Shown: one piece after another, positions 59,088 through 64,000 of the stretch | Numbering within the stretch: the first letter of the stretch is position 1 | Layout of the letters: every line of letters starts with the position of its first letter | Assembly (NCBI GenBank): GCA_023139575.1 | Contig: JAGLNJ010000051.1 | Span: 5,926 to 69,925, forward strand | DNA length: 64,000 nucleotides | Source of the DNA: Candidatus Omnitrophota bacterium | Lineage (GTDB): Bacteria; Omnitrophota; Gorgyraeia; Zapsychrales; JANLHA01 | Direction of reading: 5' to 3' | Program-made: the position numbers and the translations under genes | Notes under the pieces: model-generated | The model's database searches: none | What the model was told of the DNA's origin: nothing | What the model saw: the letters and a program-made list of their open reading frames with translations, nothing else

Positions 59088-59873
59088 ATGAACATTCTGT
59101 GTATAGGTGATGTTGTTGGAAAGGCTGGAAGAAAGGCGTTAACAGAGCTTCTTCCTCAACTGCAAGAGGAGTATGCCTTAGACGCTATTATTGCTAATGC
59201 TGAGAATTCTGCGGGCGGTTCCGGCATAACGCCGCGTATAGCGAATCAATTTTTCCGTTTAGGCTGTACGGTTATAACTCTGGGCGACCATGTTTGGGAT
59301 CGGCAGGAGCTGGTTGAATATTTGAAGGAACGGAAAGCTATTCTGCGTCCAGCCAATTACCCTTCCGGCACGCCGGGAAAGGGATGGTGTGTCGTGGAAA
59401 CAGCGAATGGGTCGAAAATCGGCGTTATCAACCTCTTGGGGCGGGTTTTCATGCGTTACAATGTCAACTGCCCCTTTAAGACAGCGGAAGATGTCATCAA
59501 GGAAATAAAAAAGGTAACCAACATTATTGTTGTTGATATGCACGCGGAGACAACCAGTGAAAAAGTTGCTATGGGATGGTTTCTCGACGGTAAAGCGTCA
59601 GCGATTTTTGGAACGCATACCCATATTCAAACGGCTGATGAAAAGGTTTTACCTAAAGGGACGGCGTATATTACAGACGTTGGCATGACCGGGCCTTATG
59701 ACTCGGTTATTGGCCAGAACAAGGAAAAAATCATCAAAAGATTTTTAACAAGCATGCCAACACGTTTTGAAGTGGCTAAAGAGAATCCCGTGGTTCATGG
59801 GGTCGTTGTTGAAATAGATGATATTACCGGGTTAGCTAAAAAAATTAGCCGTGTACAAAGGAGTTTACTATGA
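59088..59873 (+). CDS. ymdB: YmdB-like metallophosphoesterase (TIGR00282 family 2',3'-cyclic-nucleotide phosphodiesterase)
   Basis: MNILCIGDVVGKAGRKAL, ...GDHVWD..., GTHTH; conserved rny-ymdB pairing. Confidence 0.85.
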   Translation: MNILCIGDVVGKAGRKALTELLPQLQEEYALDAIIANAENSAGGSGITPRIANQFFRLGCTVITLGDHVWDRQELVEYLKERKAILRPANYPSGTPGKGWCVVETANGSKIGVINLLGRVFMRYNVNCPFKTAEDVIKEIKKVTNIIVVDMHAETTSEKVAMGWFLDGKASAIFGTHTHIQTADEKVLPKGTAYITDVGMTGPYDSVIGQNKEKIIKRFLTSMPTRFEVAKENPVVHGVVVEIDDITGLAKKISRVQRSLL

Positions 59874-60259
59874 ACGCTTGGGAAGGATTAAACCGAAGGC
59901 GTTTCCCGCGGGTTAACTATCCCTGTCTTGTTAAGGTAAAACAGAAAGAAGACTCCCCGGGAATATATTTAACTCATACGGAAAATATCGGCGTTGGCGG
60001 TGTCGGTATTATTTTAAAAAAGCACATAAAGCTTTATGCCCCCGTTGAAGTTGAAATTGACCTTTTAGATTTGGATAATCCTGTGAAGTGCCACGGCAAG
60101 GTGGTTTGGTCTGTCCTCCGGAAAAATGGAGCCTTGAAGAAGGTGGCGTTTTACGATTTAGGCGTTGAGTTTATCAACCTGCCTTCGCAAGATCTAAGCC
60201 GGATAGAAGGCATAGTCAAGCGTCTCGCTAGGCACGATTATCGGGTGCCTTATGTGTGA
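59870..60259 (+). CDS. PilZ domain protein (putative c-di-GMP receptor)
   Basis: RRRFPRV (RxxxR) and ENIGVGGVG (D/NxSxxG) PilZ motifs; 129 aa; start overlaps the ymdB stop (ATGA). Confidence 0.6.
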   Translation: MNAWEGLNRRRFPRVNYPCLVKVKQKEDSPGIYLTHTENIGVGGVGIILKKHIKLYAPVEVEIDLLDLDNPVKCHGKVVWSVLRKNGALKKVAFYDLGVEFINLPSQDLSRIEGIVKRLARHDYRVPYV

Positions 60260-60333
60260 TGATTATTTAAAAGGCAGGAAGTTCTCCCTTTTACGATAAC
60301 TCTATAAAATTTATATGAATAGATGGTGAAAAA

Positions 60334-61611
60334 ATGATTAAAGTGCGATTTGCTCCCAGCCCCACAGGGTATTTGCATGTCGGCGGTGCGCGTACGGCCC
60401 TTTTTAACTGGATGTATGCGAAGGCTCAGGGAGGAAAATTTGTTTTAAGGATAGAAAACACGGATCTGGAACGTTCCAAACCGGAATATGTTGATAGCAT
60501 TCTGGAAAGCATGAAATGGTTGGGGTTGACCTGGGATGAGCTGTACCGACAAAGTGACCGCTTTGATATCTATCGTGAACATGCAGAAAAATTGTTAGCG
60601 GAAGGCAAGGCCTATAAAGAAGGTGACGCCGTCATTTTGAATATGCCGAAGGAAGAGATCAAGATTTATGATCTGATCCGCGGCGAGATTGTTTTTGATT
60701 CGGACGCTCTTAAGGATCAGGTTTTGATGAAATCTGATGGCTCCCCAACGTACAGTTTTGCTTGCGTTGTTGACGATGCTCTGATGGAGATATCACATGT
60801 TATTCGTGGAGAAGACCACATTCCAAACACGCCGAAACAGATTGTTATTTATCAGTCTCTGGGATTTGCGATTCCAAAATACGCCCATTTGCCTTTAATC
60901 ATGGACGCCGAAGGCGGCCGGATGTCGAAAAGGACCGGCGCTGTGGCCGTTAATGAATATGAGTCGATGGGGATTTTATCAGAGGCCCTGGTTAATTATC
61001 TGATGCTTTTGGGCTGGTCCCCGGGAAACAATCAAGAGATCATCAGCTTAAAAAAAGCGGTTACGAAATTTTCTATAAAAAAGATCAATAAGGCTGCGGC
61101 AGCTTTTTCTTTGGAAAAACTCAAGTGGATGAATGGTCAATATATTAAGCAGATGGATACCGCCCCCTTAGCCGAGCAGGTAGCTGCCTTTTTAAAAGCA
61201 CAGGATCTAGACGGCAAAGAATGTGACCAGAACAAAATCAAAGAGATTGTTGGCTTATATAAAAGCCGCATGACTACGTTTGTTGAATTCTGCGAGAGAA
61301 CAAAATATTTTTTTCGGGATGAAATAGAGATCGTCCCATCAATGAGAGATAAATTTTTATCAAAGGGCCAAGAACAGGCTTTTCATATATTGCAAGAACG
61401 ATTAGGAAGATTAGACGAATATAACATGGAAACGGCAGAGAAAGCCTTTCGTGATGTCGTGCAGGAATTAGAGATGAAAGCCTCTGACTTGGTGCATCCG
61501 GTCAGGGTCGCTTTGACGGGACAGGATGTTGGGCCGGGCTTGTTTGAGACGATGGCTGTGTTAGGAAAAGAGAAAACCGTCGCCAGATTACGGAATGCTG
61601 TACAAAATTAA
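60334..61611 (+). CDS. gltX: Glutamyl-tRNA synthetase (short, 425 aa)
   Basis: RFAPSPTGYLHVGGARTALFNWMYAK (HIGH-type motif), KMSKR; shorter than typical GluRS, so the anticodon-binding domain is probably reduced. Confidence 0.8.
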   Translation: MIKVRFAPSPTGYLHVGGARTALFNWMYAKAQGGKFVLRIENTDLERSKPEYVDSILESMKWLGLTWDELYRQSDRFDIYREHAEKLLAEGKAYKEGDAVILNMPKEEIKIYDLIRGEIVFDSDALKDQVLMKSDGSPTYSFACVVDDALMEISHVIRGEDHIPNTPKQIVIYQSLGFAIPKYAHLPLIMDAEGGRMSKRTGAVAVNEYESMGILSEALVNYLMLLGWSPGNNQEIISLKKAVTKFSIKKINKAAAAFSLEKLKWMNGQYIKQMDTAPLAEQVAAFLKAQDLDGKECDQNKIKEIVGLYKSRMTTFVEFCERTKYFFRDEIEIVPSMRDKFLSKGQEQAFHILQERLGRLDEYNMETAEKAFRDVVQELEMKASDLVHPVRVALTGQDVGPGLFETMAVLGKEKTVARLRNAVQN

Positions 61612-61785
61612 AGGGGCCGTCATGAGGCAAAAAAAGAGATTAATCCTTGGGATAGTGCTTGTTTGTTTATGCTTGACCTTTGTCGGTTGTGAGTCAACGA
61701 TGCATCAGATTCAGGAATTTGATGAGTGGTGGAAAGAAAATTTGTGGTAAAAAACGCTTTTTGATTAATTGGTTTTTTAATATAT

Positions 61786-61857
61786 TGCCCTGTCGTTCAA
61801 TTGGTAGGACACATGACTCTGGCTCATGCGATCTTGGTTCGAGCCCAGGCGGGGCAG
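61786..61857 (+). tRNA. tRNA-Gln (anticodon CUG), U1-A72 start
   Basis: TGCCCTGTCGTTCAATTGGTAGGACACATGACTCTGGCTCATGCGATCTTGGTTCGAGCCCAGGCGGGGCA; anticodon stem CATGA/TCATG, loop CTCTGGC. A U1 start is also seen in E. coli tRNA-Gln. Confidence 0.7.
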
Positions 61858-61918
61858 TAAAATTTGATTATTTATTTTGAAAGCAAGATTTTAGATAATG
61901 TGGGCTGGCAAATAAAAC

Positions 61919-62173
61919 ATGTGGCATATATATATTCTGGAATCTAATGACGGACGGATGTATACGGGAATCACCTCCGACATTGAAAGACGTTTCAAGG
62001 AACATCAACAGGGTAAAGGCGCTCGCTTTACAAAGGCCTTTGGCGCAAAAAAAATGCTTTATTATGAAGATTGTGAGACAAAAAATGAGGCGCTAAAACG
62101 TGAGGCGGAAATTAAAAAATTAACAAAAAGCCAAAAACTTTCGCTGATTAAAAACAAAAAAATTAAAATATGA
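61919..62173 (+). CDS. GIY-YIG nuclease family protein (UPF0213-like)
   Basis: [37 protein letters not shown] is the GIY...YTG(I/S)T...R...H GIY-YIG pattern; 84 aa; its stop overlaps the glnS start. Confidence 0.7.
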   Translation: MWHIYILESNDGRMYTGITSDIERRFKEHQQGKGARFTKAFGAKKMLYYEDCETKNEALKREAEIKKLTKSQKLSLIKNKKIKI

Positions 62174-63888
62174 ATCAAAAGCCAGGCAATAATAGTGAAG
62201 AGAGCAAACCATTTCGGTCGCTGGACTTTGTCCGTGAAATCGTTGCGCAGGATTTAAAAGCCAACAAGCACGACGGCAAGGTTGTAACGCGGTTTCCTCC
62301 CGAGCCAAACGGCTATTTGCATATCGGCCATGCCAAATCGATTTGTTTGAATTTCGGTATTGCCTTGGAAAATCAAGGGACGTGCCACTTGCGTTTTGAT
62401 GACACCAACCCCGCTAAAGAAGATGAAGAATATGTAGATGCTATTAAAGAAGACGTGAGCTGGCTGGGATTTGATTGGGGTGAACACCTTTATTTTGCTT
62501 CAGATTATTTTGAAAAAATTTATGCCTACGCGGTTGAGCTGATCAAGCAAGGCCAGGCGTATGTGGATAGTTTGAGCGCCGAGGAGATACGGAAAAACAG
62601 AGGGACATTAACGGAGCCGGGAAAAAACAGCCCTTATCGTGATCGACCAGTTGAAGAAAATCAGGATCTTTTTGAGCGAATGCGGAAAGGCGAATTCGAG
62701 GAAGGAACGCATGTCTTACGGGCTAAGATCGATATGGCTTCGGGAAATATGAACATGCGCGACCCTACGCTCTATCGCATCCGTAAAGCGTCACATCATC
62801 GCACCGGTGATAAATGGTGCATTTATCCGATGTATGATTTTACACATTGTCTTTCCGACTCGATTGAGGGTATTACGCATTCTATCTGCACGTTAGAGTT
62901 TGAGAACCATCGGCCTTTATATGATTGGGTTTTGGATGAATTAAAAACGCCTTGCCATCCGCAACAGATAGAATTCGCCCGGCTGAATTTGAATTATTCC
63001 ATCATGAGCAAACGAAAGCTTTTAGAATTAGTCAAAGGCGAACATGTTAATGGCTGGGATGATCCGCGCATGCCGACCATATGCGGGTTGCGTCGTCGAG
63101 GATATACTCCGGAGGCTATCCGGGAATTCTGTAAACGCATCGGCGTAGCTAAAGTGGACGGGGTTATTGATATCGCGCTTTTGGAGCATTGTTTACGTGA
63201 AGATCTTAATAAGAGGGCCCCACGGGTCATGGCCGTGCTCAAACCGTTGAAAGTTGTTATTACAAATTATCCTCAAGGTCAAGAGGAAGATCTGGATGCC
63301 GTGAACAACCCTGAGGACCCGGACGCCGGAACGCGGAAGGTCCCGTTTTCGCGCGAACTATATATAGAGCAGGATGATTTTATGGAAGATCCGCCGAAGA
63401 AATTTTACAGATTGTCTCCGGAAAAGGAGGTTCGCCTGCGTTATGCCTATTTTATAACGTGTGAAAAAGTTATTAAAGATGAACAAACCGGTGAAATCAA
63501 GGAGTTGCACTGCACCTATGATCCGGCTACAAAAGGGGGTAATTCCCCCGACGGGCGTAAAGTTAAGGCCACGATACATTGGGTGTCTGCCCGGCACGCA
63601 TTGCCGGCAGAAGTGCGTTTGTATGACCGCTTGTTTAATAATGAAAACCCTTCCGGGGAAAAGGATATAAATTTTAAAAATTTTTTTAATCCCTGCTCTC
63701 TGGAAGTTTTAAATGACTGCTGGCTGGAGCCAAGCTTAAAAGGGCTGCGGCCGGGAGATCCGAGGCAGTTTGAACGCCTGGGTTATTTTTCTTTGGATAA
63801 GGATGCGACTGAACAAAAAACCATCTTAAATCGCACTGTTTCTTTAAGGGATTCGTGGGCCAAGATTTCCAAAGCACATAAAAAATAA
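62170..63888 (+). CDS. glnS: Glutaminyl-tRNA synthetase
   Basis: [24 protein letters not shown] (HIGH), VMSKR-like motif MSKR, C-terminal beta-barrel anticodon-binding domains; 572 aa. Confidence 0.9.
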   Translation: MNQKPGNNSEESKPFRSLDFVREIVAQDLKANKHDGKVVTRFPPEPNGYLHIGHAKSICLNFGIALENQGTCHLRFDDTNPAKEDEEYVDAIKEDVSWLGFDWGEHLYFASDYFEKIYAYAVELIKQGQAYVDSLSAEEIRKNRGTLTEPGKNSPYRDRPVEENQDLFERMRKGEFEEGTHVLRAKIDMASGNMNMRDPTLYRIRKASHHRTGDKWCIYPMYDFTHCLSDSIEGITHSICTLEFENHRPLYDWVLDELKTPCHPQQIEFARLNLNYSIMSKRKLLELVKGEHVNGWDDPRMPTICGLRRRGYTPEAIREFCKRIGVAKVDGVIDIALLEHCLREDLNKRAPRVMAVLKPLKVVITNYPQGQEEDLDAVNNPEDPDAGTRKVPFSRELYIEQDDFMEDPPKKFYRLSPEKEVRLRYAYFITCEKVIKDEQTGEIKELHCTYDPATKGGNSPDGRKVKATIHWVSARHALPAEVRLYDRLFNNENPSGEKDINFKNFFNPCSLEVLNDCWLEPSLKGLRPGDPRQFERLGYFSLDKDATEQKTILNRTVSLRDSWAKISKAHKK

Positions 63889-64000
63889 TAATGCCATTGA
63901 GTTCTTTGAATTAAAAAGATTTTAACATATGAGGAAAGTATAAAACTTTCCAAACTGCTGAAAACTCCTTTCCTGAGAACGCAAGAAGTTATGACGATCG

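Noticed and set aside
61622-61750. 42-aa ORF MRQKKRLILGIVLVCLCLTFVGCEST... with a lipobox-like motif after gltX
   Set aside because: It is very short and no RBS was evaluated. It could be a genuine small lipoprotein, but there is too little evidence to call it. Noted only.
61680-61880. 66-aa plus-strand ORF
   Set aside because: It overlaps the tRNA-Gln gene (61786-61857). The tRNA call is structurally well supported, so the ORF is spurious.

Overview
This 64 kb window is a chromosomal segment in two parts. Positions ~30000-64000 are a housekeeping core around the replication origin. The minus strand carries dnaA, dnaN, a DUF721 gene, gyrB, gyrA and tRNA-Glu. It is divergent from a plus-strand run of rpmH, yidD, yidC, a Jag_N-only gene, parA, parB, yicC, gmk, rpoZ, coaC, a tRNA cluster (Cys, Leu, Val), thrS, infC, rpmI, rplT, trkA, trkH, pheS, pheT, rarA, a 5-FCL gene, rny, ymdB, a PilZ gene, gltX, tRNA-Gln, a GIY-YIG gene and glnS. 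Positions ~6400-27100 are an all-minus-strand accessory block that I read as an unusually elaborate Tad/Flp-type (type IVc) pilus locus. It has cpaB, a secretin with a C-terminal TonB_C-like domain, a single polypeptide joining a ParA/MinD (TadZ-like) domain to a CpaF/TadA ATPase, a DUF192 gene and a 629-aa unknown. It then has seven tandem Flp-type prepilin paralogs (KGQSxxEY class-III signal), TadE-like and TadG-like pseudopilins, a 1604-aa cysteine-rich TadG-N-domain giant protein, a 170-aa Cys-rich pilin-like protein, tadB and tadC, and ends at a clean rho-independent terminator. Positions 1-5590 hold the 5' portion of a giant (>1860 aa) minus-strand repeat-containing secreted or anchored protein that runs off the window. 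The combination of a Tad locus with giant genes resembles what has been described for Omnitrophota-like nanobacteria; the lineage assignment is inference only. All calls come from reading the translations and DNA by eye. No database searches were run.
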